This document shows, in pieces, positions 29,060 to 38,311 of a stretch of DNA of 48,378 nucleotides; within the stretch, counting starts at the first letter, position 1; every line of letters starts with the position of its first letter. This stretch comes from Candidatus Geocrenenecus huangii (GTDB lineage Archaea > Thermoproteota > Nitrososphaeria_A > Caldarchaeales > Wolframiiraptoraceae), in contig JALNLM010000010.1 in the NCBI GenBank assembly GCA_023254095.1, positions 1 to 48,378 on the forward strand, written 5' to 3'. The notes beneath the pieces were generated by a model. It was not told the origin of the DNA, ran no database searches, and saw only the letters and a list, made by a program, of their open reading frames with translations. Both the position numbers and the translations under genes were made by a program.

Positions 29060-30499
29060 ATGTCGCTTGAAGTAGATGTTTTAAGGTTTACCCGAAGAGT
29101 AGTAGGTAACTCGTTTGTAAGAAACATCATGAGAAGGCTCGCAGATGGAGATACTCATGGTTATCGTTCGAGGCTAGAGCACGTTCTATGCATGCTCGCC
29201 GGCGTTGCGTCACCACATGATAAATCAATTGAATGTATGATAGAGTACAGATTATTTGATTCATTTATTAAACTTGCGTTAAGATGCATGAACATCAATA
29301 GGGAAGAATTTGAAGCAGGTATAAGAGACCCGTCAATTAGAAGAGGTATAGAGCTTGTATTAAGGAGTTTGATACTTTACGGTGTTACAGTGCCGCAGAA
29401 GCTATGCTCACCATTCCTCATAGTCTGGAATTTTACCAATAAATGTAATTTAAGATGTAAGCACTGCTATCAGGATGCATCTCATCCATTACCAGGCGAA
29501 CTTACTTTAGAAGAAAAGTTGAATGTTGTAGGTCAACTGGATAGAGTGGGAGTACCGTTAATTGCACTAAGTGGTGGTGAGCCGACAATACATCCAGACT
29601 TCTTAAGAATTGTAGAAGAAGGATCTAGGAGAGGAATATACATGGCTGTCGCAACTAATGGTACCAGATTCTCAAATATGGGATTCGTAGAGAGAGCATT
29701 GAAAGCAGGATTAAAATATGTTGAAGTGAGTCTAGACTCTGTTAACCCTGAGATACATGATGAGATCAGAGGTGTGAAGGGAGCCTGGGAGGAAACTATA
29801 AGAGGAGTGAAGAATCTTGTAAAGATGAACGTCTCCGTCGGCTTAGCAATGACCGTTACAAAGCTCAACTATAGAGAGATCGAAGATATGGTTAAACTCG
29901 GAGAAGAACTAGGAGTAAAGAGAGTCATCTTCTTCAATTTTATACCTACAGGGAGAGGTAGAGATATAGTTAAACTAGATCTAAAGCCCGCTGAGAGAGA
30001 AGAGCTCCTCAAGAAAGTGTATGAACTAGCACGTAAATCTAGAGTTCAGGTAGCTTCTACGGCTCCCCAGCTTGCTAGAGTATCATGGCAGATGAGTAGT
30101 GGGTCTGATTGTCTACCTACACACTTCACTCCACCTAAAAGTCAATCTCTAAGAGCCTTAGCAGAATTCATAGGAGGATGCGGGGCTGGGAGAATATATG
30201 CGGCTATACAGCCTGATGGAAAAGTTACTCCATGTGTTTTTCTGCCGATAATTGTTGGAGATTTGAGAACTGAGACTTTCCAAGAAATATGGAATAATAG
30301 CTTAGTTATGGAAAGGCTTAGAGATAAAGATTTACTTAAACAGCCTTGTGGAGTATGCCATTACAAGTATATTTGTGGAGGATGTAGAGCTAGAGCATAT
30401 GCATACTTTAATGATTTTCTAGCGGCTGACCCTGGATGCTTAAGAGGAAGCATCGTTAAATCGAGTCTAATCACTCAACCTATCCAGAAAAGCTTGTAA
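29060..30499 (+). CDS. Radical SAM/SPASM-domain protein with long N-terminal extension (candidate GMGT synthase-like)
   Basis: CNLRCKHC, SGGEP, GCGAG...TPC and CGVC...CGGCRARA...DPGC SPASM cysteines. Confidence 0.85.
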   Translation: MSLEVDVLRFTRRVVGNSFVRNIMRRLADGDTHGYRSRLEHVLCMLAGVASPHDKSIECMIEYRLFDSFIKLALRCMNINREEFEAGIRDPSIRRGIELVLRSLILYGVTVPQKLCSPFLIVWNFTNKCNLRCKHCYQDASHPLPGELTLEEKLNVVGQLDRVGVPLIALSGGEPTIHPDFLRIVEEGSRRGIYMAVATNGTRFSNMGFVERALKAGLKYVEVSLDSVNPEIHDEIRGVKGAWEETIRGVKNLVKMNVSVGLAMTVTKLNYREIEDMVKLGEELGVKRVIFFNFIPTGRGRDIVKLDLKPAEREELLKKVYELARKSRVQVASTAPQLARVSWQMSSGSDCLPTHFTPPKSQSLRALAEFIGGCGAGRIYAAIQPDGKVTPCVFLPIIVGDLRTETFQEIWNNSLVMERLRDKDLLKQPCGVCHYKYICGGCRARAYAYFNDFLAADPGCLRGSIVKSSLITQPIQKSL

Positions 30500-30536
30500 G
30501 ATAATCTATCGAATAGGTCTTCACTTCTATGTTTAT

Positions 30537-31067
30537 TCATGGCTTAGTGTTTCCTGAATTGCCATTCCCTATTTTGGATTCTAGTTTTTCAAGTTCATCT
30601 AACACTCCTTCTCTAGCTAGCGATATGACTAATTCGTCGTAGGTTGCATCTATTATCTTTACACATACTTCTGGATATGTAAGGTCTATCGGTATTCTAT
30701 GCTTCCAGTAATATCCATTTCCGACGTTCAATCTAGTGAATAACCTCAATAGAGAAGATGTTAGCCGGTAGTTCGGAATATTTATCATGTATTCAACGAA
30801 ACAGTTCTTATAAGCTTTTTCGTAAACGTCTCCATAGAACGTATTAAAGAAGAGGTAAAGCGGATAATCTTTCCTATACGTCTCCCAGCTTGTGAAACGG
30901 CTGTATAGTGGTTTCCAACCATCATCTCTAAGATACATGTCTTCGAGAGATATCGGCCTCTTCCAGTAGCTTACAAGGTAGCCTCTTTCTTCAAGCTGAG
31001 GAATAATGAAGCCTCTAATAATCCCCTGCCTCATTAACTCGAGTCTTTCTCTATCAGTAAGATTCAT
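30537..31067 (-). CDS. Hypothetical protein
   Basis: 176-aa intact ORF filling the gap; aromatic-rich, no recognised motif. Confidence 0.65.
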   Translation of the reverse strand: MNLTDRERLELMRQGIIRGFIIPQLEERGYLVSYWKRPISLEDMYLRDDGWKPLYSRFTSWETYRKDYPLYLFFNTFYGDVYEKAYKNCFVEYMINIPNYRLTSSLLRLFTRLNVGNGYYWKHRIPIDLTYPEVCVKIIDATYDELVISLAREGVLDELEKLESKIGNGNSGNTKP

Positions 31068-31232
31068 TACTAATCACTACTCAACAGATGCCTTACCTAG
31101 TATCAATTAGGTATGAAGTCGTGAAATTATAAGGTTTGCTTTCAGCATTCAGGCGGCCCGGCACCCGTTATACTATTTAATTATCTAACGTAAAGAAGAC
31201 TTTATAGACCGCGGTGCTACCTTTCTCCAGAA

Positions 31233-31643
31233 CTATCTTATTCTAGATATCTTGTAAGCTGGGATAATGGATACTACTCCGAGAATGTGTGCGATAGTAC
31301 AATACATACATATAGTGTTAAGAATAGCTAGCTCGATCCATAGTAAGGCCGCTACTGAAGGCACGCTCATTAAGGCCCATACTAAAACTAGATATGAAGC
31401 AGCTTTTCCATGCTTGTAGGATACAACTATCGTTAAGAATAGAAGTGTTAGAAACCATGCTAAGCCGAGAGTGGATAGAGGAATTCCATATATCTTAGAA
31501 TAGGGGCTGGTGATGACTTTATCACATTCTCCGACCCCAATCTTGCATACAGGCTGCCTCGAGGCATATTCCAGGTAGGATGATACAATTACCCCCATTA
31601 TGGAGATTATTATGAGAGTAAGTGTCCAGAAAGTTTTCTTCAA
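31233..31643 (-). CDS. Vitamin K epoxide reductase (VKOR) family disulfide-formation protein
   Basis: 4 TM helices, loop Cys pair C...C-x-V-x-x-S-x-Y-S, GIPLS, CMYC. Confidence 0.92.
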   Translation of the reverse strand: MKKTFWTLTLIIISIMGVIVSSYLEYASRQPVCKIGVGECDKVITSPYSKIYGIPLSTLGLAWFLTLLFLTIVVSYKHGKAASYLVLVWALMSVPSVAALLWIELAILNTICMYCTIAHILGVVSIIPAYKISRIR

Positions 31644-32308
31644 CTTATGGTCCCCTCTATAGCTTTAGCTAATATCTCTATAGAGCTTTCACCGACTATT
31701 TTTTGAACTATGTTATGAGAGCTATCAAGTATAATGAATGTCGGGGTTCCTTCGACACCATACTTGTCAAAGACCTCATAATTAACATCTAGCAGAATTG
31801 TTTGTGTCAAACCATATTTCTCGATTACACTCTTTAATTGCTCTTTCAACGGCGTCGAGATTACTAAGAAAACCATTCTATCACCATACCTTCTACTTAG
31901 TTCTTCTATTGTCGGTATCATGTTTATACAATGTCCACAATTTGGCTGGAAGAATTCTAGGAAAACTGGCTTTCCACTAAAATCCGATAAGCCTATGTAG
32001 CGTTCTAAAGAACTTGATGGGTCATATACTGGTAGAGAGAAATCGGAAGCCCGCTGTAGATTCGGCTTAGAAATAGTTATTTTACTTTGCTGCGTAGTAA
32101 CAGTGGTTGTTGTAGTTTGCTGTTCTAGAGCTGGGAGCCGAATAGTCAAGATGATAAGTGTTATAATCACAACTAGTAGCAGTACAGGTAAAATTACTCT
32201 AACCCCATAATATCTACCAGCATGATCGACCCTCATATGGTTCTTAAGACCGTACTCACTTCTAAAAGACTTCCCACAAACCTTGCAAACATACTTCTCT
32301 TTGTCCAT
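31640..32308 (-). CDS. Membrane-anchored thioredoxin-fold (TlpA/DsbA-like) protein with N-terminal C2H2 zinc finger
   Basis: YVCKVCGKSFRSEYGLKNHMRVDH, TM helix, Thr-rich linker, CGHC, GTPTF cis-Pro loop; 4-bp overlap with VKOR gene. Confidence 0.88.
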   Translation of the reverse strand: MDKEKYVCKVCGKSFRSEYGLKNHMRVDHAGRYYGVRVILPVLLLVVIITLIILTIRLPALEQQTTTTTVTTQQSKITISKPNLQRASDFSLPVYDPSSSLERYIGLSDFSGKPVFLEFFQPNCGHCINMIPTIEELSRRYGDRMVFLVISTPLKEQLKSVIEKYGLTQTILLDVNYEVFDKYGVEGTPTFIILDSSHNIVQKIVGESSIEILAKAIEGTIS

Positions 32309-32377
32309 CTGTAAACCAAGCCTACCTATCCATATAAAAGTTTAACTGAAAAAACTAGTTTAAAGATTAGTTGGGTG

Positions 32378-32469
32378 AGCCCCGGGCGGGGTTTGAACCC
32401 GCGACCCCTGGCTTTCTGTATTTCCTTGGTTTACCAAGCCAGTGCTCCACCAGGCTGAGCTACCGGGGC
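32378..32469 (-). tRNA. tRNA-Thr(GGT) with 18-nt intron (32414-32431) at position 37/38; CCA not encoded
   Basis: Minus strand GCCCCGG TA GCTC AGCCTGGTG GAGC A CTGGC TT GGT A [AACCAAGGAAATACAGAA] A GCCAG GGGTC GCGGG TTCAAAC CCCGC CCGGGGC T; all stems pair; U73. Confidence 0.92.
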
Positions 32470-32547
32470 CCTATCTCAGATTATTTCTTAGAAGTTAATG
32501 AATTTATCTTAATCTTTATAGGAGATGGAAGATAAAGTGTAAGTATT

Positions 32548-34122
32548 TTATTTTGCATAAGCTCCAGGTTGTTTCCTTGGATCTGAAACTGCTAAGAATA
32601 GGTTATCTTTCTTAAATACTGATTGAACCGCTCCAAAGTATATGTCTGTTCCAGGATACATGGAGACTTCTCTAACTTCACCTATGTTTAGTCCTGCTTT
32701 GATAAGTCCGCTGCTCGAGATCTTATCCTTAATCAAGTCTTCTAAAACTACTCTGTCCCCTCTGACATGTATTCTTCCTTCGAGTACTGAGGAGACTGGA
32801 TCAAGTCTTCTTATAAAGTAGTTAGAGAGAGTCTGTACTAGCGAAGATATTATCCTCATACCTCCAGATGCGCCTATCACTATCGTTGGAGAGCCGTCTC
32901 TATCAAGTATGATTAATGGAGACATACTGCTCGCAGGCCTCTTACCTGGAGATATGGAGTTCGGATGATCTCTCTGAAGGGTGAAGTCATGCATCTCATC
33001 GTTTAGCAAGATCCCTTTAACAGTTATCCCTGAGCCCATAAAACATTCAATGGTTTCTGTGAGAGATACAAACATCTTACCTTTTCCATCTGCAATACTT
33101 ATATGAGATGTTCCACCTCTATCTCCAACTAGGTGGTAGGAGACTCTACCTTTTTCAATGGAATCTAGAGACTGTCTGACATGGTTTTCTGAAAGGAGCC
33201 TATTAAAATCCATCTCATTAAATAATGGGTCTGATATTATGGAACATCTTTCATCAATTATGTGAAAGAGAGTATGTGCAAGTCTTAGGTAATATTCTTC
33301 ATCTTTCAGTTCCGTCTCAGATAATATCTTTAAGGCTTCGATTAATAATATGCCTGAGCTTGGAGGAGGCATAGTTGCGAACTTTAAAATCTTACCTCCA
33401 ATTTCTAATTCATAGATGATTGGCTCCCTCCATATTGCCTTATAGCATGATAGATCTCTTAAGGAGAGGAACCCATTGTTGATAGAGAATATCCTATCGA
33501 TCTCTTCAGCTATCTCTCCTTGGTAAAAGTATTCTATATTGTCTCTAAGCATTCTTAGTGTTTGAGCAAATCCTCTATAGGATATTGTAGAATCCTCAGG
33601 ATATATTTTTCCATCTTTGAAGAATGTAGTGTAGCTTTCTGGGCACATCTTGAGTTTGTATTTTGCATTATCTAGATCTTTGTTCATGCATTTACTCCAT
33701 AATCTTGACACTCGACATGATTCCGCATACTTTATCACTAGGTCTATTATCTTACTCCACTTAAATTCTCCGAATTCTTGATGTAGCATCCAAAGTCCTC
33801 TTAATGTACCTGGAACGGCCACAGCTTTATAGCCGATCGAAGCATCTTCCTCACTTCTATAATCTTCGATTCTCGCTTTCTGTGGAGCTACTTCACGGTA
33901 ATCCAAAGCTCTAAACCCGTGGTCTTCTGAATATAGTAATGCGAATCCTCCTCCGCCTAGACCACTCCAACCTGGCTCGAGCACGTTCAAGAGTAATGAA
34001 GCAGCTATAGCTGCATCAACTGCATTGCCCCCTTCCCGCATTACTTCTAGAGATATGTGTGAAGCTACCGGCGAATGAGAAGATATTGCTTTTTCACCTA
34101 TAGAATATACGTTCTCAGACAT
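32548..34122 (-). CDS. ggt: Gamma-glutamyltransferase (Ntn hydrolase)
   Basis: GGNAVDAAIA, GLGGGGF, DYRE, VPG, TSH nucleophile, LNDEMHDF, PGKRPASSMSP, GASGG. Confidence 0.92.
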   Translation of the reverse strand: MSENVYSIGEKAISSHSPVASHISLEVMREGGNAVDAAIAASLLLNVLEPGWSGLGGGGFALLYSEDHGFRALDYREVAPQKARIEDYRSEEDASIGYKAVAVPGTLRGLWMLHQEFGEFKWSKIIDLVIKYAESCRVSRLWSKCMNKDLDNAKYKLKMCPESYTTFFKDGKIYPEDSTISYRGFAQTLRMLRDNIEYFYQGEIAEEIDRIFSINNGFLSLRDLSCYKAIWREPIIYELEIGGKILKFATMPPPSSGILLIEALKILSETELKDEEYYLRLAHTLFHIIDERCSIISDPLFNEMDFNRLLSENHVRQSLDSIEKGRVSYHLVGDRGGTSHISIADGKGKMFVSLTETIECFMGSGITVKGILLNDEMHDFTLQRDHPNSISPGKRPASSMSPLIILDRDGSPTIVIGASGGMRIISSLVQTLSNYFIRRLDPVSSVLEGRIHVRGDRVVLEDLIKDKISSSGLIKAGLNIGEVREVSMYPGTDIYFGAVQSVFKKDNLFLAVSDPRKQPGAYAK

Positions 34123-34126
34123 CCTA

Positions 34127-35101
34127 TCAACCTATTCTATACCAGTTCCTTAGTCCATCTCTATCTAGCTCGAGTATCACCCCTTTCAATATCCCAGAAG
34201 AATATTCTGAACCTGGATTAAATACTATGGTCTTCCCTACTTTATCGTATCCAGCCGATTCATGTATATGTCCATGGAGACCAATTATCGGTTTGTATTT
34301 TTCAATGAACTTTCTTACAGACTTGCTTCCAACATTTTCCTTCTCCATCTCTCCAAGACTATACACTGGTTTTAGATTCTTATCTAGCTTAGGAGCAACA
34401 TCTATAACCGTATTATAGGGTGGTGGATGGAAACAGCATATTATTTTGTCCCAATCTCTATCGACTAGGTTTACTGTCTTCTCCAACATCTTCCACAACT
34501 TGTTTTCTTCAGCTTCCCTAGGAGTATTCCATGGGGTCGGGTTAACGTGATCGAAGGAGACCATGCCATAGCCTAATGGTAGCTCTACTAATTTACCTAG
34601 AGGATACATATCTCTGATGCTTTTTTTCAATACTGGGTCTATATCTAAGATATCGTCGTTTCCAGGCATAACTATAACTTGCTTATCTTTCTGGACGTGT
34701 TCTTCTAGCATTACGACCCATCTCTTGATATTCTCAGTTATCAATGTTGAGAATAATCTGTTGACTTTTTCAGGATCTTTTTTCAGTTCTTCTACTTCTT
34801 CTCTACTACAAATATATGGATATACTCCACAATTCTTTAATTCATTCTTTGCTTGTTCCAAATTCTCTGATCCTTTAACTATGTTTGTTTTTCCTTTAAA
34901 GGTGTATTGATAGTTTTCTCCTCCGAGGTCTATTATTGGAATTATTGCTTTTCCAGTTAGGTCTCCTGAAAGTATCATAACATCTATTTCATGATGTTGT
35001 GGAATTGAGAGGAATCTTCTAAATACTAGCTCGCTATTATGGATATCAGCGACAAAGAATATTTTGAAGGAGCTCATTCCTCCTCTCGACCTTTCACTCA
35101 A
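34127..35101 (-). CDS. Calcineurin-like metallophosphoesterase (Icc-related)
   Basis: ADIH, SGDLTG, MPGNDD, FHPPP, LHGHIHE, FNPGS. Confidence 0.9.
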   Translation of the reverse strand: MSERSRGGMSSFKIFFVADIHNSELVFRRFLSIPQHHEIDVMILSGDLTGKAIIPIIDLGGENYQYTFKGKTNIVKGSENLEQAKNELKNCGVYPYICSREEVEELKKDPEKVNRLFSTLITENIKRWVVMLEEHVQKDKQVIVMPGNDDILDIDPVLKKSIRDMYPLGKLVELPLGYGMVSFDHVNPTPWNTPREAEENKLWKMLEKTVNLVDRDWDKIICCFHPPPYNTVIDVAPKLDKNLKPVYSLGEMEKENVGSKSVRKFIEKYKPIIGLHGHIHESAGYDKVGKTIVFNPGSEYSSGILKGVILELDRDGLRNWYRIG

Positions 35102-35147
35102 GACCTATATTAATAGTTGAAATATAAAAAAGATTATGGAGTTTTCA

Positions 35148-36806
35148 TTAAGCTGGAGGTATCTCGGCGAATATCTTTTCAGTCTTTATGCCCTTCTTCT
35201 TATTTGCCCAGTTATAGTATGAGTAGAGTATTATGGCTAGCAGTGTCCAGCCTATCATCCAGGAAGGCGATACAAACGTTACGTCTGCAGCCATTTGCTG
35301 TAAACCAAGTACTAAGAGTATAAATGTTGATACAATTGCCGCTCCTCCTACAATCGATATTACAGGGACTCCTCCAATAGTCTTCGTATAGCCCTCCTTA
35401 TAGACCTCCGGCCTCCTAAAGGGCAGGATCGTTGTAGCTATCGCTGATAGGAACCATCTAACGGCTACTGCCGTAACAGCTGTTATCGCATAGAATAGTG
35501 GTCCATATTCTGGAGATGCTAAAATTAATAGCATTAATATGGCTCCGACTATTACTAATGTTATAGACCAGTGTGGTGTCCTAAACCTATCATTAACTTC
35601 CGCCAGCTTCTCCGGGAAGAACCTATCAAATGATAATGCGAATGCGATTCTTGATGGTACCATCATGTATACGGGGATTCCATTCATTACCCATAATGGT
35701 ACAGCCAGAGTAATGATGATGGCGAGTATAGGTGCCCAGCCACCGAAGAGAGAAGCTATAAAGACCGCCCAGGTAGGTGTCTGTACAGGGTTGATTGCAA
35801 GCTGACTATAAGCGCTTTCGGTATTCATTACATACTCGTAGGCTGAGAAGAATTCTCTAAACCCTAGAAGAGTTAAAGATGATATCGAGAGATAGTATGC
35901 GAAGACGAGTATTATTGCTCCAACCGTTCCTAGGAAGAAGTTTCTCTTTGGCCTATCTATCTCTCCAGCCATGTAATTAGCGTATTCAAGCCCCCAGAAT
36001 GCATATGCTGAGATAACGATGCTGAGTGAGAGGGTTATCTCAGGAGACCATGGACCAGGCCAACCCCACTTAGAGGGGTCGCCAGTAGCCGATGCCACAT
36101 AATCTCTCCAACCTGTCGCTGACGCTACATTCATTATCTCATCATATGCCCCTGACCCGTAAGTCATATCCCATAGATTTCTTACCTGACTCGGCGTTAG
36201 AGATGCTGCGTATGCTGCTCCAGCTATAGTAGCTATTCCTGCTACTAGCGCTAGGAGGAAGAGTATGTTTATGACATATTTGTAGACTTTTACCCCTAGT
36301 AGGCTGATAACTCCAAATACCAATACGAAGAATATTCCGAGACCTATTGAAGCGACTGGGTCAGTGGAGAGCGATTCTCCCAAAGAAACCAAACCATTAT
36401 TATGTGTTGCTAATCCTACTTGTATTATCGCGCTTCCCCAGAACCAGGCCATGAAGTAAGACAATGCTCCTACGATCCAGATATGTACTCCGAGTACCAG
36501 TAGTGCCTCTATGTATCCTAGCAATGGGTGGAGTACCCTGGAGATTCCTACATAGTCTGAGGCAGTTCTAGGCATAGCCATGGTTAAGAAGATTACGGCA
36601 AATGCTGCTAGAGCCATTATTACTCCTCCAAGGACTAATGCTAATGGTATGTTTGCTCCAGGCGCAGAGTATCCTTGGCCAGCAGTAAATAGGTAGAACC
36701 CGTCCGCTATAACGTAGTTCGCGGCCATAGCCATGACCGAGAATGCGCCGATCTCTCTTACAAGCCCCGAAGTTCTTCTAACAAATACTATCTCCTCAGA
36801 ACTCAT
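35148..36806 (-). CDS. APC-superfamily amino acid/polyamine permease
   Basis: FVRRTSGLVRE N-terminus, about 12 TM helices, MPR, AGEI, SRIAFALSFDRFFP, TPH, EIPP C-terminus. Confidence 0.9.
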   Translation of the reverse strand: MSSEEIVFVRRTSGLVREIGAFSVMAMAANYVIADGFYLFTAGQGYSAPGANIPLALVLGGVIMALAAFAVIFLTMAMPRTASDYVGISRVLHPLLGYIEALLVLGVHIWIVGALSYFMAWFWGSAIIQVGLATHNNGLVSLGESLSTDPVASIGLGIFFVLVFGVISLLGVKVYKYVINILFLLALVAGIATIAGAAYAASLTPSQVRNLWDMTYGSGAYDEIMNVASATGWRDYVASATGDPSKWGWPGPWSPEITLSLSIVISAYAFWGLEYANYMAGEIDRPKRNFFLGTVGAIILVFAYYLSISSLTLLGFREFFSAYEYVMNTESAYSQLAINPVQTPTWAVFIASLFGGWAPILAIIITLAVPLWVMNGIPVYMMVPSRIAFALSFDRFFPEKLAEVNDRFRTPHWSITLVIVGAILMLLILASPEYGPLFYAITAVTAVAVRWFLSAIATTILPFRRPEVYKEGYTKTIGGVPVISIVGGAAIVSTFILLVLGLQQMAADVTFVSPSWMIGWTLLAIILYSYYNWANKKKGIKTEKIFAEIPPA

Positions 36807-36922
36807 GAGAAAAAATCTCGCATGCTTGCATATAAGATTTTAAGATTACAAAATACACGTTCATCATGATATTACATCCTGAAGGTCTTCCAAGTGTATC
36901 CTTCTTAAAAGTTAATTAGTCC

Positions 36923-38311
36923 GTGTATAAAATATCGGATATTATGAGTAAATTAGATAACATTATGGAGATTGTTGAGAGGAATAAAATCAAGTTCGTC
37001 AGGTTTATCTATGTCGGACTAGACGGGGTTCTAAGAGCTAAGTCGTCTTATCTAGATGAGCTTGAAGACCACTTAATCCACGGTATAGGTTTAACCATGG
37101 CGATGCAGTCTTTCACAGCTCTCGATACGCTACTATCAGAACCGAGATTCGGACCAGAATCGGAAGATATCTTCTTAGTCCCAGACCTAGAAACATTCTC
37201 ACCCATAACCTACGTAGAAGGACAGGGTAGGGTACTATGCGATATGAAGTTGAGAAATGGAGAAGAATGGGGCTTCTGTACTCGCAGTCTCCTCAAGAAG
37301 CTCTCGAAGAGATATAAAGAAGAACTAGGGATTGTTTTTCAGAGTGCTGCAGAAACCGAGTTCTACATACTGAAGCAGACGGCGCCCGATAAAGTTGAGC
37401 CAATAGATTGGGCGAGATGTTTCTCAACGGTCGGATATGACGCTCTTGGAGACATAATCTTAGAGATAATCGACGCGCTTAAAGCCTCGGGAATATCCGT
37501 AGTGAGGATCATTAAAGAATATGGTCCAGGACAAGTAGAGATAAATATGAAGCATAGGAACATATTAAGAGCCGCTGATGATATGGTTGTCTTGAGGGAT
37601 GTTGCAAAAGGTGTTGCGGCAAAACATGGTCTAGTGGCCACTTTCATGGCGAAGCCTTTCGACTGGCATGCGGGAAGCGGTATGCATTTCCACATAAGCG
37701 GTCTAGATACGGAGACAGGTAAAAACGTATTCTATGATAAGAACGATAAGAAAGGATTGAACCTATCTCGAACAGCATACTACTTCATTGGGGGAATCCT
37801 ACATCATATGAAGTCTCTATCGGCTATTGTAGCTCCGACGATAAATTCGTACAAGAGATTGATTCCTGGGTCATGGGCTCCATCGAACATATGCTATGGA
37901 TACAATAATAGGTCTGCAGCAATAAGAATACCGACTACGAGAGTTGGAAAAGAAGAGAAAAATATTAGGATAGAGTTTAGAACACCGGATGCAACCGCAA
38001 ACCCATACCTAGCGCTGGCGGCCACTATAGCGGCGGGGGTTCATGGGATTAGAGAAGAGATCGATCCCGCAGAACCCGTTAACGTAGATGCGTACAAGCT
38101 CTCAAAAGAAGAGAGAGCTAAGAGGAATATAGAACTTCTCCCTACAAGTTTGAGAGAAGCTCTAGAGTATCTTGATAGGGATGACTATCTTAAATCTGAA
38201 CTTGGCTCCGAGCTAATAGAAGAATACATAAAGATCAAGAAGGTTGAATGTGAATCCTATGAACATTATGTAAGCCCATGGGAGATTAAGAACTATGTCC
38301 CAGTATTCTAA
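36923..38311 (+). CDS. Glutamine synthetase-like gamma-glutamyl-amine ligase (PuuA/GlnA3-like)
   Basis: ETEFY, EYGPGQVE, TFMAKP, GSGMHFH, NSYKRL, NRS..IR, RIEFR..D...NPY; lacks the ammonium-site DGSS and has GSWAP instead of GYEAP. Confidence 0.85.
   Translation: MYKISDIMSKLDNIMEIVERNKIKFVRFIYVGLDGVLRAKSSYLDELEDHLIHGIGLTMAMQSFTALDTLLSEPRFGPESEDIFLVPDLETFSPITYVEGQGRVLCDMKLRNGEEWGFCTRSLLKKLSKRYKEELGIVFQSAAETEFYILKQTAPDKVEPIDWARCFSTVGYDALGDIILEIIDALKASGISVVRIIKEYGPGQVEINMKHRNILRAADDMVVLRDVAKGVAAKHGLVATFMAKPFDWHAGSGMHFHISGLDTETGKNVFYDKNDKKGLNLSRTAYYFIGGILHHMKSLSAIVAPTINSYKRLIPGSWAPSNICYGYNNRSAAIRIPTTRVGKEEKNIRIEFRTPDATANPYLALAATIAAGVHGIREEIDPAEPVNVDAYKLSKEERAKRNIELLPTSLREALEYLDRDDYLKSELGSELIEEYIKIKKVECESYEHYVSPWEIKNYVPVF

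Noticed and set aside
36923-38311. Annotation as housekeeping glutamine synthetase glnA
   Set aside because: Ammonium-binding DGSS and flap Glu are missing, and the context is catabolic
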